Part shown: piece after piece, positions 28,466 to 38,707 of the stretch | How positions within the stretch are numbered: position 1 is the stretch's first letter | How the letters are laid out: each line of letters starts with the position of its first letter | Source: an uncultured Actinomycetota bacterium | GTDB taxonomy: Bacteria > Actinomycetota > Actinomycetes > JAHEKZ01 | Length of the DNA stretch: 64,000 nt | Assembly (NCBI GenBank): GCA_963743915.1 | Contig: CAVURN010000001.1 | Location: forward strand, 512,001 to 576,000 | Reading direction: 5' to 3' | Notes under the pieces: model-generated | Databases searched by the model: none | Told to the model about the DNA's origin: nothing | The model's input: only the letters and a program-made list of their open reading frames with translations | Translations under genes and position numbers: made by a program

Positions 28466-29551
28466 GTGCCTCGCTTCCGTGACCTCGATGCCGCCATCGG
28501 CGTGCTGCCCACCGGACCGACCAACTCCATGCTCGACGTGCCTGGAGTCGGCGTCGGTCACGCCAGTGTGTGGCGTGACGAACCAGAGCCTCCGGAGGGT
28601 CGTGGCGTCGCCCGCACCGGAGTGACCGTCATCGATCCGGGCGGTGACTGCTTCGGCGCTCCCGTGCCGTTCGGGGCGGTGGCGCTGAACGGGGCCGGCG
28701 AGATGACCGGGTTCATCACGGCGGGGGAGTGGGGGCTGCTCGAGTCGCCGGTGTTCCTCACCTCCACCATGCAGCTCGGTCGCGTGTACGACGCGGCGTG
28801 CCGGCTGCTGATGGCCGAGAACGCCGAGGTCGGAGCCGAGGACGTGATGATCCCGGTCGTGGCCGAGTGCGACGACTCGTTCCTCAACGAGGCGCGCGCG
28901 ATGCAGGTGCAGGAGTCGGACGTGGCAGCGGCGCTGGCGGCGGCGCGGGCCTCGATCGGGGCGTCGGAGCCCCCGGCCGAGGGCGCGGTCGGCAGCGGCA
29001 CCGGAATGGCCTGCCTCGGCCACAAAGGAGGCATCGGGACGTCGTCCCGGGTGCTCCCCTCAGGGCACACGGTGGCGGTGCTGCTGATGTCGAACTTCGG
29101 TGACTTCGCTCGGCTCACGGTCGACGGGGTCCCGGTGGGTCGCCGGATCCCCAACCCGGCCGACGCCGCCCCGGACGTGGCAGCGGACCCTGGGCCGAAG
29201 GGGTCCTGCATCGTCGTCGTCGCCACGGATGCGCCGGTCGACCATGCGGGTTGCGAGCGGCTCGCCCGGCGCGCGGGTCTGGGGCTGGCGCGCACCGGCT
29301 CGACGGCGCACCACGGCAGCGGTGAGATCTTCATGGCGTTCGCCACCGGGCTGCGCGAGGCGCGAGGTGTGGCGCCGACGGCGGTGCCCTTGGTCGGGCG
29401 CGACCTCGACCCCCTCTTCGAGGCGGTCGTCGACGCCACCGAGGAGTCGGTGCTCAACTCGATGCTCATGGCGCCCACGGTGGTCGGGCGACGGGGGAAC
29501 ACGCTCTACGGAATCGACGCTGACGTCGTGCGCGACCTGCTGCAGCGTTAG
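28466..29551 (+). CDS. P1/S58 family peptidase (DmpA-like)
   Basis: DVPGVGVGH, VVAECDDS, GSGTGM, KGGIGTSSR, KG|SCIVVVATDAP, SGEI. Confidence 0.9.
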   Translation: MPRFRDLDAAIGVLPTGPTNSMLDVPGVGVGHASVWRDEPEPPEGRGVARTGVTVIDPGGDCFGAPVPFGAVALNGAGEMTGFITAGEWGLLESPVFLTSTMQLGRVYDAACRLLMAENAEVGAEDVMIPVVAECDDSFLNEARAMQVQESDVAAALAAARASIGASEPPAEGAVGSGTGMACLGHKGGIGTSSRVLPSGHTVAVLLMSNFGDFARLTVDGVPVGRRIPNPADAAPDVAADPGPKGSCIVVVATDAPVDHAGCERLARRAGLGLARTGSTAHHGSGEIFMAFATGLREARGVAPTAVPLVGRDLDPLFEAVVDATEESVLNSMLMAPTVVGRRGNTLYGIDADVVRDLLQR

Positions 29552-29562
29552 CGACGTGCACG

Positions 29563-30036
29563 TCACACCTGGTGCGTGGAGGGCGTGACGCTGGGCGTAC
29601 CGCTGCGCAGGACCTTCGGCGCTCGCCAGACGCCGATGGCCGCGGCGAGAAGACCGGGCACGGCGACGAGCTGGACCCAGTCTGCTGGCGTCTCCAGGAG
29701 CTGGATCAGGTCGTCGTCGTCACTCCGCCCGAAGAGCCACCACACGGTCGTGGCCACGACAAGACCGGACACCACCCCGCTCACCAGACGAGCGACCGTG
29801 GTGGTCACGTCAGCGAGCGACAGCAGCACTGCGCCCATGGCGCCGACGAGTCCGGTGACCACCCCCACGAGGAGCCCGATCGTTCCGAAGAAGAGCGCGA
29901 CGACAGGCAGGGACTCGAGATCCTCGGCGTCCGGCCCGGCGAGGAACATCATGAGGAGTCCGTAGAGGGCCGCGCCGCCGGCGCCCCACGCGATCGCCTC
30001 GCCCAGCGCTCGCAGGCCGACTCGAACGTGCCGCAT
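29563..30036 (-). CDS. 4-TM membrane protein
   Basis: Hydrophobic helices; protein-like ORF. Confidence 0.6.
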   Translation of the reverse strand: MRHVRVGLRALGEAIAWGAGGAALYGLLMMFLAGPDAEDLESLPVVALFFGTIGLLVGVVTGLVGAMGAVLLSLADVTTTVARLVSGVVSGLVVATTVWWLFGRSDDDDLIQLLETPADWVQLVAVPGLLAAAIGVWRAPKVLRSGTPSVTPSTHQV

Positions 30037-30103
30037 GCCCACCTCCGTCTGGGTTGTACCACGACCTCACCGCGCTGAGCGTGCGCTGCTAGCGTCCAGG
30101 CTC

Positions 30104-32197
30104 ATGGTCCAGCCGCCCCTCGCCCCTCAGCACCCGCACGTCCACACCGAACACGGAGTCGAGCGCCCCGACCCGTTCGCATGGCTCAAGGACAAGTTCG
30201 GCGACGAGTCATTGGCCTACCTGCGCGCGGAGCGCGCGTACTACGACGCGGAGATGCGGCCGCTCGAGGTGAGCGTCAACGAGCTCACGGCCGAGATGGC
30301 GTCACGCGTCGCCCCCGTCGAGGAGTCGGCGCGCTGGCGTGAAGGGGAGCACGACTACTTCACCCGTACTCCCGAGGGGAGTGAGCACGGGCAGCTGTGG
30401 AGGGTCGGCGCTGACGGGGTCGAGGTGCTCCTGCTCGACCAGAACGACCTGCGGGGCGACTCGCCGTACGTCGAGGTCGGTGTCTCGTTGGTGAGCCCGG
30501 ACGGACGCCTGCTGGCGTTCTCCGTGGACGTCACCGGCGACGAGGTGTACGAGCTGCGATTCCGCGACCTCACCACCGGTGCCGACCTGCCCGACCAGGT
30601 GGCGCACACGTACTACGGCGGCGCCTGGTCCCGGGACGGCTCCACCTTCTTTTACGTGGTCCACGACGACGTGTACCGCCCGTACCAGGTGTGGCGGCAC
30701 CGCATCGGCACGCCGTCGTCCTCGGACACCCTGGTGTTCGAGGACCTCGACCAGCAGTACGACGTCGTCGTGTGGGCCGACCGCGCGGGCCACTACGTGG
30801 TCATCCACACCTCCAACCGCAACACGTCGGAGGTGTGGCTCGTCGATGCACACCGTCCTGACGCACCGGCGCGGGTGGTCAGCCCTCGACGACGGGGCAC
30901 CGAGTACCGCGTCGCGCACGTGCCGGGCACCGACCACGACCTTGGCGATGGCGCCGGCCACCTGCTCGTGGTCACCAACCACGGTGCCGAGGAGTTCCGG
31001 CTGATGCGCGCCCCCATCGACTCCTCCGACCTGGACCAGTGGCACGAGGTGCTGCCGGAGTCGCCCGACACCCGGCTGCACGACGTGGATGTCTTCGCCC
31101 GGCATGTCGTGCTCTCGACCGTGCGCGGTGGACAGCAGCTGCTGCAGGTGCTGCCGCTGTCCGCGTTGGACGCCCGGACGTCGCTCGAGGAGGCTCTCGT
31201 CGTCGACGCCGGGATCCCCGGGGGACTGCTGACGCTGTGGCACAACGAGGAACCGGATGTCGGCGACGTCCTCATCGAGGTCGAGTCGTACGTCCAGCCA
31301 GCACAGTGGTGGCGGGTTGCGCTCGACAGCGGCGAGCGCACGCTGGTCAAGAGCACCGAGCTGCCCCACTACCGTCCCGACGACTACGTGCTCGAGACCC
31401 GATGGATCACCGCACGCGACGGCGAGCAGGTGCCCGTCAAGCTCGCCAGACATCACGACACTCCGCTCGATGGCACCGCACCGGTCCTCCTGTACGGGTA
31501 CGGGGCCTATGAGAGCTCGTTCTGGCCGGGGTTCGACGTCGCGATCCCGAGCCTGCTCGACCGTGGCGTGGTGTTCGCCCACGCGCTCATCCGCGGAGGT
31601 GGCGACATGGGGCGTCGCTGGTACGTCGCCGGACGACTGCTCACCAAACGCAACTCGTTCACCGACTTCATCGACGCAGCCGACCAGCTCGAGGCGCAGG
31701 GTCTCGTGGACGGCTCCCGCATCGTTTCGCGCGGGCTCTCGGCAGGCGGGCTGCTGCAGGGTGCGGTCTACGCGCTCCGTCCGGATCGCTGGCGCGCCGT
31801 GGTGGCCGAGGTCCCGTTCGTCGACGTCGTCACGACGATGTTCGACCACGACGTCCCCCTCACGGTGGGCGAGCTCGACGAGTGGGGCGACCCGCGCAAC
31901 AAGGACGAGTTCGACTACCTCGTCTCGTACAGCCCGTACGAGAACGTGCCGGAGCGCAACCGTCCGGAGCTGCTCGTCACGGGGGCGCTGCACGACCCGC
32001 GGGTGATGATCCACGAACCGGCCAAGTGGGTCGCCAGGATCCGCAGCACGGCGCAGCCCGGTGATACCCGCACCCTCTTCCGCGCCGAGCTCGGCGAGGG
32101 TGGCCACACCGGACCGACCGGTCGCTACGCCCACCTCGCGTACGAGGCGGAGGTCGCCGCCTTCATCCTGCACGCGGTAGGCAAACTGACTACCTGA
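30104..32197 (+). CDS. ptrB: Oligopeptidase B (S9A)
   Basis: YGYGAY, IRGGG, GLSAGG, HDPRV, GGH triad motifs. Confidence 0.92.
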   Translation: MVQPPLAPQHPHVHTEHGVERPDPFAWLKDKFGDESLAYLRAERAYYDAEMRPLEVSVNELTAEMASRVAPVEESARWREGEHDYFTRTPEGSEHGQLWRVGADGVEVLLLDQNDLRGDSPYVEVGVSLVSPDGRLLAFSVDVTGDEVYELRFRDLTTGADLPDQVAHTYYGGAWSRDGSTFFYVVHDDVYRPYQVWRHRIGTPSSSDTLVFEDLDQQYDVVVWADRAGHYVVIHTSNRNTSEVWLVDAHRPDAPARVVSPRRRGTEYRVAHVPGTDHDLGDGAGHLLVVTNHGAEEFRLMRAPIDSSDLDQWHEVLPESPDTRLHDVDVFARHVVLSTVRGGQQLLQVLPLSALDARTSLEEALVVDAGIPGGLLTLWHNEEPDVGDVLIEVESYVQPAQWWRVALDSGERTLVKSTELPHYRPDDYVLETRWITARDGEQVPVKLARHHDTPLDGTAPVLLYGYGAYESSFWPGFDVAIPSLLDRGVVFAHALIRGGGDMGRRWYVAGRLLTKRNSFTDFIDAADQLEAQGLVDGSRIVSRGLSAGGLLQGAVYALRPDRWRAVVAEVPFVDVVTTMFDHDVPLTVGELDEWGDPRNKDEFDYLVSYSPYENVPERNRPELLVTGALHDPRVMIHEPAKWVARIRSTAQPGDTRTLFRAELGEGGHTGPTGRYAHLAYEAEVAAFILHAVGKLTT

Positions 32198-32285
32198 GCC
32201 GCCGATCAGCCGGACAGTATGTGCACCGTGCTCGACGTGTTGGTCAACTCTTGTCGTGCCGGCTGCGGAGGCCCACCCTGGCCGC

Positions 32286-33176
32286 ATGTTCGAGGAGGCC
32301 CAGCTGTACGCCCCGGTGACCCGCGAGGACGGCGAGGTCACGGTGCACCTGGCGGCCGACCACCCCGGAGTGGCCGACCCTGAGTACCGCGCCCGGCGCA
32401 ATGCGATCGCCGAGGCCGCCTTGGACTGGACCCCGGGCCAGCCGCTCCCGGAGATCGCCTACACCGACGAGGAGCACCGCGTCTGGCAGCTGGTCGCCCG
32501 TGAGCTGCACGCCAAGCACCAGCACTTGGCGCCCCGCGAGGTCGTCGAGGCCGGAAAGCGCCTCGGGCTGCCCGCGGACCACATCCCGCAGCTGTCGGAG
32601 GTCAACGACCTGCTCGCACCGCACACCGGCTTCCGCTACCAGCCGGCGGCGGGCCTGGTCCCGCTCGCCGAGTTCTACGGATCGCTGGCCGACCGCCGGT
32701 TCTGGTCGACGCAGTACATCCGGCACGCCTCCCTGCCGCTCTACACCCCCGAGCCGGACGTCATCCACGAGGTCGTGGGCCATGCCACGACGCTCGCCAG
32801 CCCACGGCTCGCGGCGCTCTACGAGGCCGCCGGCGGCGCGGCGCGGCGCTGCGAGTCACCGGATGCGCTGGAGTTCGTGAGCAAGGTCTTCTGGTTCTCG
32901 CTCGAGTTCGGCGTGCTGCGGGAGAACGGACATCCCAAGGCGTACGGCGCCGGACTGCTGTCCAGCTACGGCGAGATCGAGGAGTTCCAGGGGGCCGAGC
33001 TCCGCCCCCTGGACATCCCCGCCATGGGCACCACCACCTATGACATCACGCACTACCAGCCCGTCCTGTTCTGCGGCGAGTCGCTCGAGCACGTCGAGGA
33101 CGTCGTCGGAGGCTTCTTCGAGAGTGCCGACGACGAGCTGGTGCGCCGACTGGGGGCGTTGCAGCACACCGCCTGA
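32286..33176 (+). CDS. phhA: Phenylalanine 4-monooxygenase
   Basis: STQYIRH, YTPEPDVIHEVVGH, FSLEFG, AYGAGLLSSYGE. Confidence 0.93.
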   Translation: MFEEAQLYAPVTREDGEVTVHLAADHPGVADPEYRARRNAIAEAALDWTPGQPLPEIAYTDEEHRVWQLVARELHAKHQHLAPREVVEAGKRLGLPADHIPQLSEVNDLLAPHTGFRYQPAAGLVPLAEFYGSLADRRFWSTQYIRHASLPLYTPEPDVIHEVVGHATTLASPRLAALYEAAGGAARRCESPDALEFVSKVFWFSLEFGVLRENGHPKAYGAGLLSSYGEIEEFQGAELRPLDIPAMGTTTYDITHYQPVLFCGESLEHVEDVVGGFFESADDELVRRLGALQHTA

Positions 33177-33216
33177 CCGTTTGGCAAAGGTGACGCACCG
33201 CTCTGTGCGCGGGAGG

Positions 33217-34968
33217 ATGGCGGGCGTGACTGCCTCCCCCGCCACGTTCGCCGAGCTCGGTCTGCGACCTGAGCTGCTCGACGCGCTCACCGGGCTCGGC
33301 TACGAGGAGCCCACCCCCATCCAGCGCGAGGCGATCCCACCCCTTCTTGCGGGGCACGACCTGCTCGGCCAGGCGGCGACTGGCACCGGCAAGACCGCCG
33401 CCTTCGCGCTGCCCCTGCTCAACCGGCTTCCGGACGGACAGCGGGGAGACCGCCCGTCGGCACTTGTCCTGGTTCCGACGCGCGAGCTCTGCGTGCAGGT
33501 GTCCGAGGCCCTGCACCGCTACGGACGCGGCCGCGAGGCGCGCGTGCTGCCCATCTACGGCGGCCAGCCGATCGTCCGGCAGCTGCGCGAGCTCAAACGT
33601 GGCGTCGACGTCGTCGTCGCCACCCCGGGTCGCGCCTTCGACCACGTGAAGCGCGGCACGCTCGACCTGTCCGAGGTCGACGTCATCGTGCTCGACGAGG
33701 CGGACGAGATGCTCGACATGGGCTTCGCCGAGGACCTCGACGGCATCCTGTCCACGGCGCCTCACCCGCACCAGACCGTCCTGTTCTCCGCCACCATGCC
33801 GTCCAAGATCGGCAAGATCGCCCGCACCTACCTCAACGACCCGGTGCGGATCGAGATCGAACGCGAGTCCGTGCCGGCCGGCGAGACGCCACGCGTCCGG
33901 CAGTCCGCCTACATCGTGTCCAGGTCGCACAAACCTGCGGCGCTGGGGCGGATCCTCGACATCGAGTCGCCGACGGCGGCCCTGGTCTTCTGCCGCACGC
34001 GTGCCGAGGTGGAGTCGCTGGCCGAGTCGCTCAACGGACGCGGCTACCGGGCCGAGGCGCTGCACGGCGGCATGGACCAGCACCAGCGTGACCGGGTGAT
34101 GAACCGGCTGCGCTCAGGAGCCGCCGACCTGATCGTCGCCACCGACGTGGCGGCGCGAGGACTCGATGTCGAGCAGCTCACGCACGTCGTCAACTACGAC
34201 GTCCCTTCTGCGCCGGAGTCGTACGTGCACCGGATCGGTCGGGTGGGACGCGGCGGTCGCGAGGGTGTCGCCGTGACCTTGGCCGAGCCCCGTGAGCACC
34301 GCATGCTCAAGACGATCGAACGGGTGACCCGCAGCAAGATCACGGTCGAGAAGGTGCCGACCGTCGCCGACCTGCACGCACGTCGCCTCGAGGTCACCCG
34401 CGCTGCGCTGGAGGAGGTCCTCCTCGCAGGCGACCTCGACCACGTGGGCGTCGTCGTCGAGTCCCTGACCGACCAGTTCGACGTCGTCGAGGTGGCGATG
34501 GCGGCGGTCAAGCTGGCCCACGAGGCGGTGGCCGGTCCAGCCGACGACGAGGAGATCCCCGAGGCGTCGGCACCGAAGGATCACGCGCCCGGAAAGGGGG
34601 GCAAGGCGCACCGACCCGACGCAGCGGGCCGCGAGCGCAGGAAGACCGCCACCGGTCGCGGACCGGGCGACGGCGCCACCGCCCGCGTGTACGTGGCGGC
34701 GGGACGGGCGGCAGGCGTCCGACCACAGGACCTCGTGGGCGCGGTGGCCGGCGAGACGCGCCTGACCGGTCGCGACGTCGGGGCCATCGAGATCACCGAC
34801 CGGTTCTCGCTGGTCGAGGTCCCCGCAGACGCCGTCGACGAGGTGGTCGACGCGCTTCGCGCCACCCGCATCAAGGGCCGCAAGGTGCAGGTGCGCCGTG
34901 ACCGGGAGGGCGGACGTCCCGCGGGACGCGGTGCCCCCCGGCCCCGTGGCAGCCGGTCGAAGCCGTAG
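33217..34968 (+). CDS. deaD: DEAD-box RNA helicase with DbpA RNA-binding domain
   Basis: PTPIQ, ATGTGKT, PTREL, DEADEM, SAT, HRIGRVGR, RPQDLVGA. Confidence 0.93.
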   Translation: MAGVTASPATFAELGLRPELLDALTGLGYEEPTPIQREAIPPLLAGHDLLGQAATGTGKTAAFALPLLNRLPDGQRGDRPSALVLVPTRELCVQVSEALHRYGRGREARVLPIYGGQPIVRQLRELKRGVDVVVATPGRAFDHVKRGTLDLSEVDVIVLDEADEMLDMGFAEDLDGILSTAPHPHQTVLFSATMPSKIGKIARTYLNDPVRIEIERESVPAGETPRVRQSAYIVSRSHKPAALGRILDIESPTAALVFCRTRAEVESLAESLNGRGYRAEALHGGMDQHQRDRVMNRLRSGAADLIVATDVAARGLDVEQLTHVVNYDVPSAPESYVHRIGRVGRGGREGVAVTLAEPREHRMLKTIERVTRSKITVEKVPTVADLHARRLEVTRAALEEVLLAGDLDHVGVVVESLTDQFDVVEVAMAAVKLAHEAVAGPADDEEIPEASAPKDHAPGKGGKAHRPDAAGRERRKTATGRGPGDGATARVYVAAGRAAGVRPQDLVGAVAGETRLTGRDVGAIEITDRFSLVEVPADAVDEVVDALRATRIKGRKVQVRRDREGGRPAGRGAPRPRGSRSKP

Positions 34969-35025
34969 GGCAGACTCGGTCTGCAGGCCGGCGACGGCTG
35001 CTGAACCGATGTCTTCGGAGGAGTC

Positions 35026-36483
35026 ATGACCCACCGCATTGCGCTGCCCGCCGAGGGCGTCACCCCCGTCCCGATCGCCGGGGAGGCCGTGACCGGCACC
35101 GAGAGCTCGCAGGTGAACTCCCCGTTCAGCGGCGGACGCGTCGGGGACGTTCCGTTCTTGGGGCAGGCTGAGGTCGACCGGGCGGTCGCCGCCGCCAAGA
35201 GCGCGCTGCACAACGAGCCGTTGCCGCCGTGGCGGCGCGCGGAGATTCTCGACAAGGCTGCTGCCCTGCTGCGTGAGCGGCAGGAGGAGTTCGCGCAGAT
35301 CATCGCGCACGAGGCGGCCAAGCCGATCAAGACGGCGCGGGTCGAGGCGGACCGAGCGATCGGCACCTTCACCTTCGCCGCGGTCGAGGCGCGCAAGCTG
35401 GCCGGAGAGGTGGTCCCGATCCAGGCCGCCTCAGGCGGCGACACCAAGGTCGCGTACACGATGCGCGTCCCCATCGGCGTGGTCGGGGCGATCAGTCCCT
35501 TCAACTTCCCGCTCAACCTGGTGGCCCACAAGGTGGCACCGGCGATCGCGGCGGGCTGCCCGGTGGTGCTCAAGCCCGCCGGCCAGACGCCCTTCAGCGC
35601 CATCGCCCTCGCCTGGCTGCTGATCGAGGAGTGCGGCTTGCCGGCGTCCTACCTGTCGGTGGTCACCGGGCCCGGCTCGGTCGTCGGCAACGCGCTGGTC
35701 GACCATCCCGACGTGGCGCTCATCACGTTCACCGGCTCACCCGAGGTCGGCTGGGGGATCAAGGCACGTGCGCCGCGCAAGCACGTCGGTCTCGAGCTCG
35801 GGAACAACGCCCCCGTCATCATCGCCGAGGACGGCGACTGGCAGAAAGCGGCGGACAAGATTCGGGTAGCGGGCTTCTCGCACGCCGGCCAGTCGTGCAT
35901 CTCGACGCAGCGGGTCTTCGTCCACGAGTCGGTGGTCGCCGACTTCACGGCGCGATTGAAGGCAGGCGTCGAGACGCTCGTGGTCGGTGACCCGCTCGAC
36001 CCGGAGACCGACGTTTCCGCGCTCATCTCCGAGAGTGAGCGGGACCGGGTCAAGACCTGGGTGGACGAGGCCGTGGCGCAGGGCGGCGAGATCGTGACCG
36101 GGGGACGACTGGATGACAACGGGGTCCTGATGCCGACGATCATCGGCAACGCCAAGCCCGAGATGCAGGTGTGCATCAAGGAGGTGTTCGGCCCCGTCGT
36201 GGCGATCCAGTCGGTCGACTCGGTCGACGAAGGCCTCAAGCTCGCGAACGACACGGCGTATGGCCTTCAAGCGGCCATCTTCACCCGCGACCTGTCGACG
36301 GCATTCGAGGCCGTGCACACCCTCGACTTCGGTGGCGTGCTCGTCAACGAGGTGCCCACGTGGCGCGCCGACCAGATGCCCTACGGCGGCATCCGTGACT
36401 CCGGCAACACCCGCGAAGGTCCTGCCTACTCGGTCCGCGAGATGACCGAGACCCGTCTGGTGCTCATCGAGACGGCGCGCTGA
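35026..36483 (+). CDS. Aldehyde dehydrogenase family
   Basis: PFNFP, FTGS, LELGNN, AGQSC, EVFGP. Confidence 0.93.
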   Translation: MTHRIALPAEGVTPVPIAGEAVTGTESSQVNSPFSGGRVGDVPFLGQAEVDRAVAAAKSALHNEPLPPWRRAEILDKAAALLRERQEEFAQIIAHEAAKPIKTARVEADRAIGTFTFAAVEARKLAGEVVPIQAASGGDTKVAYTMRVPIGVVGAISPFNFPLNLVAHKVAPAIAAGCPVVLKPAGQTPFSAIALAWLLIEECGLPASYLSVVTGPGSVVGNALVDHPDVALITFTGSPEVGWGIKARAPRKHVGLELGNNAPVIIAEDGDWQKAADKIRVAGFSHAGQSCISTQRVFVHESVVADFTARLKAGVETLVVGDPLDPETDVSALISESERDRVKTWVDEAVAQGGEIVTGGRLDDNGVLMPTIIGNAKPEMQVCIKEVFGPVVAIQSVDSVDEGLKLANDTAYGLQAAIFTRDLSTAFEAVHTLDFGGVLVNEVPTWRADQMPYGGIRDSGNTREGPAYSVREMTETRLVLIETAR

Positions 36484-37369
36484 CCCCCACCCTCCGGTGA
36501 GCCAGCTCCACAGCGCGTGAACGGGGGCCGAGCACGGCCTGCAGCGACCTGAGCATGGCCGAGCAGGCCAGCTGGTCACTGCGCTGGACCACCGACGGAC
36601 GTGGCCGCGAACCCAGTGCTTCGTGCGCCCACGGCGGGAGCAGGTCGGCGGCCGCGCGCACGAGCACCTCGTAGGCCGGCCACGCGCCTACAGGCAGCGC
36701 TCGCCCCGGGAAACGCAGGAAGCGCGCGACCGCCTGAGTCTCCAACCCGCCTCCGACCTCGGCGGTGAAGGACGCGATGGCTGCCTGCAGCTCGCGGACC
36801 GTCCGCGGTGGTTCCGGCACGCCCAGCGCACGTGCGAGTACGCCCATCTCGTCGACGTACCGGTCTGCGTCGACCGTGCCCGTGCCGTACCGCTGGTACG
36901 CGAGGAGCATCGACTCAGTGAGACCGACGTGCACCCACAGCAGCAGCCGGGGGTCCTGGGCCGAGTACGCACGACCGTCGGGCGCGATGCCGACGACCCG
37001 CTCGTGGACCCGGCGGACCATGGCCGCTGTCTGCTCGGCGAGCTCGGTGGTGCCGAACGTCGAGGTGGTCACGTACAGGTTGGTGCGCTGGAGCCGACCC
37101 AACGGGTCCTCGCGATAGCTGGAGTGCTGTTCGACTCCCGCCAGTGCGAGGGGGTGGCACGCCTGCAACATCAACGCTCGGACTCCCCCGACGAGGGTGG
37201 CCAGGCTGCCGTTGACCTCCCATGCCGCGCTGTCAGGGCCGAACCAGCCGGCGTCCCCGGGGCGTCCGATGGCTTTCACCCAGGGAGGCTCTCCGTCGGG
37301 GTCACCGGACAGGATGACGCGGAAGTTCCGTCGAACGGCGTCGGCGCCCGGCAGTGGCAGGATGCTCAC
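36464..37369 (-). CDS. Oxygenase MpaB/DUF2236 family
   Basis: GWFGPDS, ALMLQACHP, DPLGRLQRT, LLWVH. Confidence 0.85.
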   Translation of the reverse strand: MSILPLPGADAVRRNFRVILSGDPDGEPPWVKAIGRPGDAGWFGPDSAAWEVNGSLATLVGGVRALMLQACHPLALAGVEQHSSYREDPLGRLQRTNLYVTTSTFGTTELAEQTAAMVRRVHERVVGIAPDGRAYSAQDPRLLLWVHVGLTESMLLAYQRYGTGTVDADRYVDEMGVLARALGVPEPPRTVRELQAAIASFTAEVGGGLETQAVARFLRFPGRALPVGAWPAYEVLVRAAADLLPPWAHEALGSRPRPSVVQRSDQLACSAMLRSLQAVLGPRSRAVELAHRRVGVSAPSR

Positions 37370-37434
37370 CGCACCAGCATGCCGTCCGACCGCGGTCGGC
37401 GCAGGTCGAGGTGCCCGGAACGAGGAGGGGGCGC

Positions 37435-37899
37435 ATGCACCCGAGCAACATCCGTGTGCAGGAGTCGCTGGCCGCGGCCGGGGTCGAGGCGCACGTGCGG
37501 CGACTGCCGGAGTCGACGCACACGGCTGCAGCGGCGGCCGAGGTCCTGGGGTGCTCCATCGGAGCCATCGCCAACAGTCTGGTGTTCATGGCCGACGACG
37601 CACCCATCCTGGTGATGGCCAGTGGGGCGGCGAAGGTCGACACGGCTCTGCTCGCCACGCTCATCGGCGTCCGCGAGGTCCGTCGGGCCAACGCCGACGA
37701 GGTGCGCGCGGCGACCGGGTTCCCGATCGGGGGCGTGGCCCCCGTCGGACACCCGAAGTCGCTGCGGACGTGGATCGACGTCGAGCTGGAGCAGTATCCG
37801 GAGATCTGGGCTGCCGGCGGCACGCCGGACAGCATCGTCGGGCTGACCTATGAGGGACTGCTGACGGCAACAGGCGGAACGCCTACGCGCGTCCGCTGA
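37435..37899 (+). CDS. YbaK/EbsC family protein
   Basis: IANSLVF, TGFPIGGVAPVGH, WAAGG. Confidence 0.9.
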   Translation: MHPSNIRVQESLAAAGVEAHVRRLPESTHTAAAAAEVLGCSIGAIANSLVFMADDAPILVMASGAAKVDTALLATLIGVREVRRANADEVRAATGFPIGGVAPVGHPKSLRTWIDVELEQYPEIWAAGGTPDSIVGLTYEGLLTATGGTPTRVR

Positions 37900-37940
37900 T
37901 CCGCGGGGACGTCGAGTCCCCCGGCTGCCACGTGTCCGGC

Positions 37941-38696
37941 TCATCCGTCCGGCTGCGCCGCGATCGTGTCCAGGTCGCGCAGAGCGAAGCGGAGGTGCTC
38001 CCACTCCTCCTCGAGGATCACGTGCAGGCACGACAGCACCGTCTCCTCGTGCTCGGGGGCATGGGGATTTCTCCTCGGCTCGGCCAGCACCTCCGGTGTG
38101 ACGGTGGCCAGGAAGTCGTCCACCATCTTCACGCGACCCGCCCGGACTTCGAGCACCTCGGCATAGGCAGGGATGACGGTCGTGAAGATCGACAGGTCGT
38201 GGCCGTCTTCCCCGAAGCCGGCATCTGCTTGACCGATGGGGTGGAACGGCTGCTCGATCTCCAGGATCGACCGGCCCAGCCATGCGTCCGTGGCGAGCAC
38301 CAGGTGCCGCAACGTCTGCGCGAACGACCACTCGCCACCGACCGAGACGTCGACGGTGCCGGGAGGCATCGACGCGACCCGATCGAGTGTCGTCGTCCAG
38401 CTGCCCTGCAGGGTGACCCAGGCCTTTCGCAGGCCGTGCGGGTCCTCCGCGCGACGCTCCACCCGGCCGGGAAAGCGCCGGTTGAGCTCGGCCTCGACCA
38501 GGGGGACCACGTCGACGCCGTTGACCACCAAGCCCGCACCCTCGGAGAGCCACGGCGCGTCGATATCTGCCCCCGCCAGGTCGACGCCACGCATGACCAC
38601 CCCCGACAGGTCCGCCGCGACGAACCGGGCTCCGCGCAGATTCACGTCCCTGAACTCCGACGCTTGCAGGTCGTCGGAGCGGCTGAAGGTCACCAT
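37941..38696 (-). CDS. DinB-family protein with N-terminal pentapeptide repeats
   Basis: LRGARFVAADLSG, WSFAQTLRHL, EEWEH. Confidence 0.85.
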   Translation of the reverse strand: MVTFSRSDDLQASEFRDVNLRGARFVAADLSGVVMRGVDLAGADIDAPWLSEGAGLVVNGVDVVPLVEAELNRRFPGRVERRAEDPHGLRKAWVTLQGSWTTTLDRVASMPPGTVDVSVGGEWSFAQTLRHLVLATDAWLGRSILEIEQPFHPIGQADAGFGEDGHDLSIFTTVIPAYAEVLEVRAGRVKMVDDFLATVTPEVLAEPRRNPHAPEHEETVLSCLHVILEEEWEHLRFALRDLDTIAAQPDG

Positions 38697-38707
38697 CGGC
38701 TCGTCCT

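Noticed and set aside
28448-29023. Long N-terminal extension on the HDAC ORF
   Set aside because: Antisense to the DmpA gene; artefact of ORF calling
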